NCBI GenBank assembly: GCA_017991975.1 | Contig: JAGOPM010000002.1 | Location: forward strand, 1-40,161 | From: Candidatus Parcubacteria bacterium | GTDB lineage: Bacteria; Patescibacteriota; Minisyncoccia; Minisyncoccales; JAGOPM01 | Length of the DNA stretch: 40,161 nt | Direction of reading: 5' to 3' | In this document: positions 32,270 through 40,161 of the stretch, one piece after another | How the letters are laid out: the number at the start of each line of letters is the position of its first letter | Numbering within the stretch: position 1 is the first letter of the stretch | The notes under the pieces: model-generated | Seen by the model: the letters and a program-made list of their open reading frames with translations, nothing else | What the model was told of the DNA's origin: nothing | The model's database searches: none | Translations under genes and position numbers: made by a program

Positions 32270-32300
32270 CCTCGCTCGTAAGCCGAGCTACGGCTGAGAG
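32270..32300. repeat. GC-rich palindromic hairpin element, degenerate copy (in the T-arm of the tRNA-like copy)
   Basis: cctcgctcgtaagccgagctacggctgagag. Same termini and core (cctcgc.cgt ... gctacggc.gag.g) as the two copies at 32348-32414. Confidence 0.75.
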
Positions 32301-32347
32301 ATTCGAACCTAGATAATCGCCTCCAGAGGGCGATGTCCTACCATTAG

Positions 32348-32414
32348 CCTCGCCCGTGGCCGGGCTACGGCCGAGGGCCTCGCCCGTAGGAAGTAGCCTA
32401 GCTACGGCCGAGGG
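32348..32414. repeat. two tandem GC-rich palindromic hairpin elements (30 nt + 37 nt) in the D-arm of the tRNA-like copy
   Basis: cctcgcccgtggccgggctacggccgaggg (32348-32377) and cctcgcccgtaggaagtagcctagctacggccgaggg (32378-32414). Each folds as CCTCG(C)CCGT...ACGGCGAGG-type stems of 9-12 bp with one mismatch or bulge. Confidence 0.85.
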
Positions 32415-32433
32415 ACGATCCTTCTGCGCAAAG

Positions 32434-32504
32434 TTGCGGGACTAGGATTCGAACCTAGATAATCGCCTCCAGAGGGCGATGTCCTACCATTAGACGATCC
32501 CGCA
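32434..32504 (-). tRNA. tRNA-Gln (anticodon CUG), no encoded CCA
   Basis: Hand fold. Acceptor TGCGGGA/TCCCGCA with U1-A72 (a bacterial tRNA-Gln hallmark). Anticodon stem ATCGCC/GGCGAT with loop CTCTGGA. T arm CTAGG-TTCGAAT-CCTAG. Discriminator A. Confidence 0.85.
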
Positions 32505-32756
32505 ACTTTGCGCAGAAATCAAAATTTTATTTTTTAATTCTTTTTTGCCTTTAGATGTTTTATAATATCTCTCCTTTTGAAAAGCTATATATCTATTACA
32601 ATATTTTTCGCTATAGATCATTCGAACTGGCAGGCGGTATTTAGTAGATTTAACTTTACCGCTACAATGTTCTTTAAATCTTTTCAAAAGATTACATGTA
32701 CACCCAATATATAAATTATTATCTTTATCACTCTTCAGAGTATAAATATAATACAT
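32490..32756 (-). CDS. GIY-YIG nuclease superfamily protein (UPF0213-like)
   Basis: MYYIYTLKSDKDNNLYIGCTCNLLKRFKEH is the GIY-YIG motif. ATG at 32756 is preferred over the track's TTG at 32765. The last 5 codons and the stop lie inside the 5' part of tRNA-Gln. Confidence 0.7.
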   Translation of the reverse strand: MYYIYTLKSDKDNNLYIGCTCNLLKRFKEHCSGKVKSTKYRLPVRMIYSEKYCNRYIAFQKERYYKTSKGKKELKNKILISAQSCGIV

Positions 32757-32772
32757 AACCCGCAAAAAATGA

Positions 32773-33705
32773 TCAAACTTTCAAATATCTTTTAACTGCC
32801 AAAGCATTTGCAAAAATAGCTATCCCGACCCCTGCAAATAATTGCATAAAAAATATTTTCCAAAAATTATTTCCAAAATACATGAAAGGATTGAAACCAG
32901 AGCTTATTGCCATAATCTTTGGAGTTGAGAAATAAGTAACACAGCCTATCAGAATTAAAGAAAATAAAACTGCCAAAATCCCGCAGACAAAACCAACAAC
33001 CATAAAAGGCCCTCTAACAAACCAATTTGAAGCACCTACTAATTTCATGACTCCTATTTCTTCTTTAAAACTTCTAACAGTAAGCCTCACAGTGGAAAAT
33101 ACCATCAAGATAACTATTAGAACAAAAAATATAGCGACAATCAAGCCCATAAACTTGATGTCTCTTGTCAAATTTATCAGTGACTTTATTATACTTTCAG
33201 TTTCATAATAACTCATCTGATCTATGATTGGAGAATATTTATCCTGTTTTAAAAATTTAGCTATTTCATCATAAGGATTAGCAGTTCCAGGAATTAAGCT
33301 ATCATCTTGTTTTGCGATGACTCTGATAGAAGAAGGTAAAGGATTTCCTTCTATTATTTCCAAAGTTTTTAATATTGAATCATCATAAGAATGTTTGTCT
33401 TTAAATTTTTGCAAAGCTTCTTCTTTAGAAATATAAATAACATCTTTTATATCTCCTCTTTGTTTAAGTTCTTGTTGCAATTTCAAAATATCATCAGTGC
33501 TTGTCTCTAATTTAAAATAAACACTAATACCGACTTTTTGCTGAACCGATTCATGCAAAAAATTATATAATCCATCTATAAAAAATGCGGAAGTTAGCAG
33601 AGTCAACCCAACCATTAAAACAAAAATTGTAGCAGAATTAAGGGCAAATTGCCTTTTAAAATTGATCAATCCAGACTTAAAAATTCTTTTGAATAAATTA
33701 AGCAT
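32773..33705 (-). CDS. ftsX: cell division permease FtsX
   Basis: 310 aa. TM1, a large periplasmic loop and 3 C-terminal TMs. The MKLVGASNWFVRGPF motif is typical of FtsX. Directly downstream of ftsE. Confidence 0.88.
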   Translation of the reverse strand: MLNLFKRIFKSGLINFKRQFALNSATIFVLMVGLTLLTSAFFIDGLYNFLHESVQQKVGISVYFKLETSTDDILKLQQELKQRGDIKDVIYISKEEALQKFKDKHSYDDSILKTLEIIEGNPLPSSIRVIAKQDDSLIPGTANPYDEIAKFLKQDKYSPIIDQMSYYETESIIKSLINLTRDIKFMGLIVAIFFVLIVILMVFSTVRLTVRSFKEEIGVMKLVGASNWFVRGPFMVVGFVCGILAVLFSLILIGCVTYFSTPKIMAISSGFNPFMYFGNNFWKIFFMQLFAGVGIAIFANALAVKRYLKV

Positions 33706-33720
33706 ATAAAAAATAAAAAA

Positions 33721-34401
33721 TTATAAAATAAATTTTCCTTTTTCTTGATCGCGGATAATCTTTCCGTTTTCAAGCGTTATAACCCTTTTTTGCAAAAAAT
33801 TAACAACGCTTTGATTATGAGTCGCTAAAATGATGGTCGCTCCCATTTGATTTACCTTAAGGAGCGCGTCCAGAATATCTCTTATGCTGTAAACATCTAA
33901 ATTGCCCGTAGGTTCATCAGCCAATATAAGCTTTGGTCTGTGAATCAAAGCTCGCGCGATTGCAACCCTTTGTTTTTCTCCGCCAGAAAGCTGTTTAGGG
34001 AAACTGTGAAATTTTTCCTTAAGACCTACCATTTCTAAAACGTCTGGGACATCTCTTTTTATTTCTGAATCATCTGCCCCAACTACTTCCATCGAATAAG
34101 AAATATTCTCAAAAACATTCTTATGATTTATTAATCTGAAATCCTGAAAAACAGTTCCGGTCATTCTCCTAAGACTATTTAAAGCATTTTCGTCGGCAAT
34201 ATTGAGATTAAGTCCGTTCACTACGACTTCGCCTTGAGTAGGCTCTTCTTCCTTTGTTATTAATTTCATTAAAGTCGTTTTTCCGGCTCCGGATTTGCCA
34301 ACAATCAATACAAATTCCCCTTCTTTAATATCAAAGGAAATATTATCTAACGCTAAAGTATTGGGATTATAAATTTTTGTGACATTCTTAAATGAAATCA
34401 T
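33721..34401 (-). CDS. ftsE: cell division ATP-binding protein FtsE
   Basis: 226 aa. Walker A GKSGAGKTT, ABC signature LSGGEKQRVAIARAL, Walker B ILADEPTGNLD. Confidence 0.9.
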   Translation of the reverse strand: MISFKNVTKIYNPNTLALDNISFDIKEGEFVLIVGKSGAGKTTLMKLITKEEEPTQGEVVVNGLNLNIADENALNSLRRMTGTVFQDFRLINHKNVFENISYSMEVVGADDSEIKRDVPDVLEMVGLKEKFHSFPKQLSGGEKQRVAIARALIHRPKLILADEPTGNLDVYSIRDILDALLKVNQMGATIILATHNQSVVNFLQKRVITLENGKIIRDQEKGKFIL

Positions 34402-34402
34402 A

Positions 34403-35510
34403 TTAAATGTCTTTTAATTTTATTTCTGCTTCAATGAAATCTTCTATTTCACCATCTAAAACACCTTCTGTGTCCGATGTTTGATAATCTGTCCTTAAAT
34501 CTTTAACCATTCTATATGGTTGCAGAACATAAGATCTAATTTGATTACCCCATTCAATTTTTACCTTTTTTCCTTGCAAATCACTTATTTCTTTTAAATG
34601 CTCTTGCTCTTTTAATTGATATAATTTTGAATAAAGCATTTTCATCGCTTTTTCTTTATTCAATAATTGCGTTCTCTCAGTTTGGCAAGTTACAGCAATT
34701 CCTGTCGGTATATGCACAATTCTTATTGCAGTTTCTCTTTTATTAACATTTTGTCCTCCTGCCCCGCCTGATCTTGATGTTTCGATTCTTAAATCATTAT
34801 CGCTAATATTTATATTTTCATCTGAATTATTTATTTCAGGCATCACTTCAATCATTGCAAAAGATGTATGCCTTAATGCTTGAGCTGAAAAAGGCGATAT
34901 TCTAACTAATCTATGGACGCCATGCTCTTTCCTCAAAAAACCATAAGCATAATTTCCATTAATTTCTAATGTTGCTTGTTTTACTCCAACATTTCCTAAA
35001 GGACTTGGTTCTCCGTAGCTGATATCAATTATCTTATAATCAAAACCTTTTTTTTCTGCATATCTACTATACATTCTCAAAAGCATTGACGCCCAATCTT
35101 GAGCTTCATCTCCGCCAGCTCCGGCAGAAATTGTTAAAATGGCATTTCTTTGATCGTATTTTCCTGATAAAAAAGTTTTGAATTCTTCTTTGCCAATCTG
35201 CTCTTCTATGACTTTAATTTTTAAAGCTAAATCTTGTTGCAAAGATTCATCACCCTCTCCTAATTCTGATAATTCTTTTAAATCTTTTATTTCGCTTTTA
35301 AACCTTTCCAAATTATCCCTTTCTTGTTTCAGTCCTGCTAATTCTTTTTGCAATCTCCCTGCTTCTCCGGGATTATCCCAAAATTCTGGTTTTTGGCTTT
35401 GGTTTTCTAAATCTACGATTCTTTTCCCTTTATTTTCAACGTCAAAGACAGTCGGCTAAATGTTTTAGCCGTTCCTCTAAAGAGTTAATTTTAACGTCGA
35501 AATTGTCCAT
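34403..35510 (-). CDS. prfB: peptide chain release factor 2, with programmed +1 ribosomal frameshift
   Basis: Frame 0: ATG 35510 ... CTT (35447-35445), then TGA (35444-35442). Shifting +1 (GAC from 35443) reads [38 protein letters not shown]... into the 34403..35353 ORF. The SPF motif (RISPFSAQ) and GGQ (GGAGGQNVN) are present. Confidence 0.9.
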
Positions 35511-35602
35511 AAAGATTATATGTATTATTGCAAAAAAACCTTATTTGGTCAAAAAAGCCTGGTTATACAAATAATCTAAAGTCCGTTATTAAGTTTCTAA
35601 TG

Positions 35603-35675
35603 AGCCGGTGAAGGGACTCGAACCCCCGATCTCTGCTTTACGAAAGCATTGCTCTACCAACTGAGCTACACCGGC
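35603..35675 (-). tRNA. tRNA-Thr (anticodon CGU), no encoded CCA
   Basis: GCCGGTGTAGCTCAGTTGGTAGAGC... Anticodon loop TTCGTAA. T arm GGGGG-TTCGAGT-CCCTT. Acceptor GCCGGTG/CACCGGC. Discriminator T. Confidence 0.88.
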
Positions 35676-35696
35676 ATCGACTCGCCATAGCACCAA

Positions 35697-35735
35697 TAAA
35701 AAAAACGGCTAATTCATATTAGCCGTTTTTTTTAT
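35697..35735 (-). terminator. intrinsic terminator
   Basis: AACGGCTAAT-tcat-ATTAGCCGTT with a T8 run on the minus strand. Confidence 0.75.
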
Positions 35736-35749
35736 TTTTTCAAACAGTA

Positions 35750-36163
35750 TTATTGTTTTTTTGTTCCAGAGAATATCCTTTTAAAAAATCGAGATATCTG
35801 AGTTATTAAAGAGTCATCGTCTCCCTGGATATTTTTTTTAGAATCATCGAGCTGACCTTGTAAATCCTTTACTACGATAACTCCTTCTCCAGCTTTCTTA
35901 TACATCCCTTTCTCACGCAAGACTTCTTCCTGATAATCTTTATTCCCTATTTCCGATACTTTAGCCTTTAAATCGGTATTAACACTTTCCGATTCTTGCT
36001 TTTTTTTCAAAATATCATTAAATTGATATTCAAGAGCATTTTTTCTCTTCTGGAGTCTTATATCTGTTATTGCCAAATAAACAACGCAAAATAAGAGAAG
36101 CGCGGCCAAGAATGCCGTAGAAAAACTCCCAGATTTAGATTTTTGCCCCCGCCTTTTCATCAA
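35750..36163 (-). CDS. septum-formation-initiator-like (FtsB/DivIC-type) membrane protein
   Basis: 137 aa. Basic N-terminus, a single TM, then a coiled-coil segment (RLQKRKNALEYQFNDILKKKQESESVNTDLKAKVSEI). Confidence 0.5.
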   Translation of the reverse strand: MMKRRGQKSKSGSFSTAFLAALLLFCVVYLAITDIRLQKRKNALEYQFNDILKKKQESESVNTDLKAKVSEIGNKDYQEEVLREKGMYKKAGEGVIVVKDLQGQLDDSKKNIQGDDDSLITQISRFFKRIFSGTKKQ

Positions 36164-36276
36164 TATTATTATAAGGCATAAAAAAAAATTTTAAATATGA
36201 ATAGCAAAACAAAAGATACAGTCTGGAAAGTCATCTTGATAATCATGCTCGTAAGCATGTTGATAGGAGTATTTTT

Positions 36277-38073
36277 TTAATCTTGTTTAAAAAGATCAAA
36301 AAAAACATTAGGCGGGATTCTCATCTTGCCTTTTTGTTGCAAAAGTTTCTTTCCTTTCTTTTGCTTGTCGAGTAATTTATTTTTTCTCGTAACATCTCCT
36401 CCGTATAAATATCCTGTAACATCTTTGCGGAAAGCAGAGATTGTTTCGCGAGCTATTATTTTACCTTTATACTTACCCTGTATCGGAACGGCATATTGCT
36501 GCTTAGGCAATGTGTCTTTTAATTTCTTAGCTATTTTGCGCGCTTCATATTCTGCTTTGCTAGCCGGGATTATTCTTGATAAGGTTTCTTCTTTTTGTTC
36601 GTTTATTAAAATCTCAAGTTTTGCCAATGGGCTTTTCTTATATCCGATTATTTTATAACTCATCGAAGCATATCCTTGAGTCGTACTTTTTAGTTTATCG
36701 AAAAACCCAACCATTATTTCTCTTAAAGGTAATTCGTAAACCAAAACTGTTTTGGCTGTTCCTATATGTTTTGTATCAATATATTCATTATCAAGATTGG
36801 CCATTAAATTAATCACCGATCCCATATATTCGTTTGGCATAACCAATTCTAATAATGCAAATTGTTCAAATGTTTCTTCTATAAATGATTCATCAGGCCA
36901 ATCAATCGGAGAGCATATTGTCAATTCTTCTCCGCCGGTTGTCTTTATCTTGTATTCAATAGAAGGATAAGAAACTATTAAATCAAGTCCGAAATCGCGT
37001 CTGAGTCTTTCAGTAGTTATTTCAATATGTAACATTCCTAAAAAACCACATCTAAAACCTCTTCCCAAAACTGGCTTTGATTCTTCTTCGTAAATCAAAG
37101 CTGCATCATTTAATTTTAATTTTCCAAGCGCGTCTTTTAATAAATCATAATCATCAGCATTATGCGGATACAAACTGGCAAAAACAACTGATTTCACTTC
37201 TTGATATCCTTCTAAAAATTCAATACCTCTATCTTTATCTTTTAATTTTATTATTGTGTCTCCTATTTTTACTTTTCCAGAATCTTTTATGCCGGTAGCT
37301 ATATATCCTATTTGCCCTGATTCTAAAATATTGCGCGCGACAAATTCGGGTTTGAAATTTCCTATTTCCTTGCTTTCTCCAATAGCATTAGCTGCCTTTA
37401 AATATATCCCTTCTCTGGGCGTTATTTTTCCATCTTTTATTCTCACGTAAGCAACAACTCCTTTATAAGAATCGTATAAAGAATCAAAAATCAAAGCGCG
37501 GAAATCATTGTTGGAATTATCTTTTGGAGGAGGAATTTTATCAACAACTCTTTGCAAAACATCTTCAATATTAATTCCTGTTTTAGCTGAAATTTTTAAA
37601 ACATCTTCGGGCTGACAATCTAATAAATCAGCCAATTCTATTATCGATTCCTCAACTTGCGCATGCAAAGCATCGATTTTATTTACCACAGGAATTATTA
37701 CCAATCCTTGTTTTTTAGCTAATTCCAAATTAGATATTGTCTGCGCCTGAACTCCTTTTGTGACATCAACCAAAAGAATAGCTCCTTCAACAGCAGCCAA
37801 GGATCTTGAAACTTCATATGAAAAATCAACATGCCCAGGAGTATCTATCAAATTTAAAAGATATTCTTTCCCAGAACGGACATCAAAATATTTCATACTT
37901 ACAGGATGCATTCTGATAGTTATTCCTCTCTCTCTTTCCAAAGACATCGCATCAAGATATTGATTTTGAATATCCCCTTTCTCTACTGTTTTAGTCAATT
38001 CTAAAAATCTGTCAGCTAATGTTGACTTACCATGATCTATATGGGCAATAATTACAAAATTTCTTATTTCCAT
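36277..38073 (-). CDS. lepA: translation elongation factor 4
   Basis: 598 aa. G1 AHIDHGKST, DTPGHVDF, NKID, and the LepA-specific C-terminal domain (YASMSYKIIGYKKS...). Confidence 0.93.
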   Translation of the reverse strand: MEIRNFVIIAHIDHGKSTLADRFLELTKTVEKGDIQNQYLDAMSLERERGITIRMHPVSMKYFDVRSGKEYLLNLIDTPGHVDFSYEVSRSLAAVEGAILLVDVTKGVQAQTISNLELAKKQGLVIIPVVNKIDALHAQVEESIIELADLLDCQPEDVLKISAKTGINIEDVLQRVVDKIPPPKDNSNNDFRALIFDSLYDSYKGVVAYVRIKDGKITPREGIYLKAANAIGESKEIGNFKPEFVARNILESGQIGYIATGIKDSGKVKIGDTIIKLKDKDRGIEFLEGYQEVKSVVFASLYPHNADDYDLLKDALGKLKLNDAALIYEEESKPVLGRGFRCGFLGMLHIEITTERLRRDFGLDLIVSYPSIEYKIKTTGGEELTICSPIDWPDESFIEETFEQFALLELVMPNEYMGSVINLMANLDNEYIDTKHIGTAKTVLVYELPLREIMVGFFDKLKSTTQGYASMSYKIIGYKKSPLAKLEILINEQKEETLSRIIPASKAEYEARKIAKKLKDTLPKQQYAVPIQGKYKGKIIARETISAFRKDVTGYLYGGDVTRKNKLLDKQKKGKKLLQQKGKMRIPPNVFFDLFKQD

Positions 38074-38074
38074 T

Positions 38075-39730
38075 TTAAGTTTTTCTTAAAAATTTTCTTG
38101 AAAAATAATTGCTTAATTCATTAGCTTCTCTGATTTTTAGAATATACCCGATAATTAAATAAATTCCAATACCAGCAAGGCTAGAAAAGCCTGTTTGGAA
38201 AAATAATCCCGCGACTGTTTTATTATCAAAAACTTGTTCAAAAATCCTTAAAAAGGCATAAGAACTTGAAATCAAAAAAAATAATGCTATGCAAACTTTA
38301 AAAATAAAAATCCAATTATCCTTGCAAAGAATTCCTTTTATTTTTTTATCCAAAAAAATTATAAGCAATATGGCTTGGATAGTCGAAGAAAAAGCAGTAG
38401 CTAATGCAATAGCCAAAACAGAAATATCTTTTATTGATTCCAAATCCATGATCTTGCGCAAAGCCTGTTCAAAAATAGCGCCTTGCCCTAATACAGAAAT
38501 AAAATAAATAAGCAATCCTATATTAAGCGCAATGCATAATAAGGAAATGATAGTCGGAGTCTTAGTATCTTTTGATGCAAAAAAAGCGCGAGCCAAAATC
38601 GGTATCATGCATGATCCTATCGATCCAAAAATAAAAATTCCAACACTTGAAGCAGTAAGCTGAGTAGCCAACCAATCAAAACTTCCTTTATGTCCCAGAG
38701 TCCCAAAAATCAATCTGACAATCTGCGCCCGAAAAACAAAAATCAAAGCGCTGACAGGAATAATAAAAAACAAAAGTCGACGGAGACTCAAAGACAATTC
38801 TTTTATAAACAAAGAGTCATTATTTGCCGCCCAAGCTTTAGAAAGAGCGGGAAAAACAGCTATTGATAATGGAATGGAAAAAAAACCGATGGGCAGAGAT
38901 CTGATATTATTAGCATAATTAAATACAGCAATGCTTCCGACTGCCAAAGTGGAAGCTATCCCCGTAATAATCAACTCATTTATCTGTTGTCCGGCAGAAG
39001 CTATTGTTCTTGGAATCATCAGGGTAAAAATTTTTTTGATACCTGATTCTTTAAAATTAAAAATAAATTTATATTTATATCCTGATTCAATAGCAGAAGG
39101 AACTTGAATTAAAAAATGTGCTAATGCTCCAAAAACCGCTCCAATAGCCGGACCATATATCGAATATTTAGGAGCAATGAATATAATTCCTAAAATTATA
39201 AAAAAATTGTAAATAAGAGGCGCAAAAGAATAAATAAAAAACTTCTCAAAATACATCAAAATAGAAGAGAAGATACTCGAAAAAGAGAAAAAAATCGGAC
39301 TCAAAAGCAATATTCTTGTAAGCGATACTAACATTTTAAAGCTCTCTCCAGAGAATCCAGGAAAAGCGATAGAAATCATCTTTTCAGCAAATACGAAAGC
39401 TATCAGGCATAACAAAATAACAAAAAATAAAAAGACATTCAAAACATTATTAACCATCTTCCATGCTTCTTCCTTTTCTTTGTGCATATACTCGGAAAAA
39501 ACAGGAAGAAAAACTATCGATAATCCTCCAGCAATTAAAAAATTAAAAATAAAATCTGGTATTTTGAAAGCTGTAAAATAAACATCAGCTAAGCTACTTG
39601 TTCCAAAATATCCCGAAACAAGCCCGTCTCTTATCAATCCTAAAAATTTGCTTGCCAAAGCCGCTATGGAAATAATGATTGCGCTTGTCGCTACACTCTG
39701 AGTTTTAGCATTAATAATTTTTTTTATCAT
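38075..39730 (-). CDS. murJ: lipid II flippase MurJ (MviN family)
   Basis: 551 aa with about 14 TM segments. SKFLGLIRDGLVSGYFGTSSLADVYFTAFKIPDFIFNFL is the MurJ N-terminal signature. Confidence 0.88.
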   Translation of the reverse strand: MIKKIINAKTQSVATSAIIISIAALASKFLGLIRDGLVSGYFGTSSLADVYFTAFKIPDFIFNFLIAGGLSIVFLPVFSEYMHKEKEEAWKMVNNVLNVFLFFVILLCLIAFVFAEKMISIAFPGFSGESFKMLVSLTRILLLSPIFFSFSSIFSSILMYFEKFFIYSFAPLIYNFFIILGIIFIAPKYSIYGPAIGAVFGALAHFLIQVPSAIESGYKYKFIFNFKESGIKKIFTLMIPRTIASAGQQINELIITGIASTLAVGSIAVFNYANNIRSLPIGFFSIPLSIAVFPALSKAWAANNDSLFIKELSLSLRRLLFFIIPVSALIFVFRAQIVRLIFGTLGHKGSFDWLATQLTASSVGIFIFGSIGSCMIPILARAFFASKDTKTPTIISLLCIALNIGLLIYFISVLGQGAIFEQALRKIMDLESIKDISVLAIALATAFSSTIQAILLIIFLDKKIKGILCKDNWIFIFKVCIALFFLISSSYAFLRIFEQVFDNKTVAGLFFQTGFSSLAGIGIYLIIGYILKIREANELSNYFSRKFLRKT

Positions 39731-39744
39731 ATCTATTTAAAAAG

Positions 39745-40084
39745 CCTAAGTAAGCAATAAGCCGAATTCTGTCTTGGGTAATCATTTATCTGCCCTACCA
39801 ATTGCTTGGCAAGATCAAGCGAGCTACTTTTCTCTATAAGCCTTTCGGCAAATAGATTTGCTCTTGCATTCAAGTAAGGATTTAGCCGTTTCACCTTCAA
39901 GGTTTCCCTTAAAGCTGACCCAAATGGATCCTCTTCTGTTTTCACAGAAAAGCGTCTCTGCTCGCACCTCTATCCTTGCGGACGGCGGCCGTTAACCGCT
40001 ACTCTTTTTCCCGTAAACGGGAGAATGTTCGGACTTTCCTCCCTTCTGCCTTGCGGCGAAGAGCGATTACCTTGCTTACTTAGG
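39745..40084 (-). ncRNA. rnpB: RNase P RNA, bacterial type A
   Basis: On the minus strand, P1 is CCTAAGTAAGCAA (40084-40072) pairing with TTGCTTACTTAGG (39757-39745). CR-I is GGGAGGAAAGTCCGAAC. Also AGATAAATGATTACC and ACAGAATTCGGCTTAT (P4 3' strand). Locally GC-enriched. Confidence 0.9.
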
Positions 40085-40123
40085 CAATTAAATTATAACA
40101 GGATATCCGTCTTAAGTCAAAAT

Positions 40124-40157
40124 AAAAAGCCCCTGCATTTTTATGCAAGGGCTTTCT
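40124..40157 (-). terminator. intrinsic terminator of an upstream gene lying beyond the right window edge
   Basis: AGCCCcTGCA-tttta-TGCAaGGGCT with a T-run on the minus strand. Confidence 0.6.
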
Positions 40158-40161
40158 TTAA

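Larger units (their letters stand above)
32257..32430 (-). pseudogene. second tRNA-Gln(CUG)-like copy interrupted by GC-rich hairpin insertions (functional status unknown)
   Basis: Segments 32257-32269, 32301-32347, 32415-32421 and 32427-32430 are collinear and identical to the intact tRNA at 32434-32504. They are separated by 31-nt (32270-32300), 67-nt (32348-32414) and 5-nt (32422-32426) insertions. Confidence 0.7.

Noticed and set aside
39733-39945. 70-aa minus-strand ORF in the supplied track
   Set aside because: It lies entirely within the RNase P RNA gene (39745-40084), which carries the conserved GGAGGAAAGTCCG, AGATAAATGA and ACAGAATTCGGCTTAT elements and a P1 helix. The ORF is spurious.

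Overview
AT-rich (about 30% G+C by eye), very gene-dense bacterial window with most genes on the minus strand. The genetic code is standard: UGA is a stop, and the RF2 gene carries the classic CTT TGA C +1 frameshift site. The gene content suggests a reduced-genome Patescibacteria/CPR-like organism, but that is inference only. The grounds are many small membrane or secreted ORFans, a minimal Rrf2-NifS-NifU-MnmA Fe-S/thiolation cluster, tgt, an anchored nuclease, DUF763 and no biosynthetic operons.

Recognisable housekeeping genes are xth, gpmA, tsaC, tgt, epmB (KamA family), hpf, mnmA, nifU, nifS, an Rrf2 regulator, epmA, efp, ftsE, ftsX, prfB, lepA and murJ. RNA genes I can support are tRNA-Ser(GGA), tRNA-Gln(CUG), tRNA-Thr(CGU) and a type-A RNase P RNA. 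The RNase P RNA explains away one ORF in the supplied track.

The stand-out region is 19.99-26.04 kb:
- An accessory segment of ORFans is organised as separate promoter / long leader / CDS / terminator modules.
- Two copies of the same expression shell enclose completely different cargos. The shell is a 131-nt promoter + leader + RBS block plus a 50-nt terminator block.
- One cargo is an AT-rich tandem-duplicated micro-ORF. The other is a strikingly GC-rich 297-codon gene whose compositional boundaries coincide with its start and stop codons. This second cargo splits epmA from efp.

A second oddity lies at 32.26-32.52 kb. An intact tRNA-Gln is bracketed by a perfect 13-nt inverted repeat. Next to it is a second tRNA-Gln copy interrupted by three GC-rich palindromic hairpin insertions, directly downstream of a GIY-YIG gene.

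No CRISPR array, rRNA, transposase, integrase or reverse transcriptase was seen.
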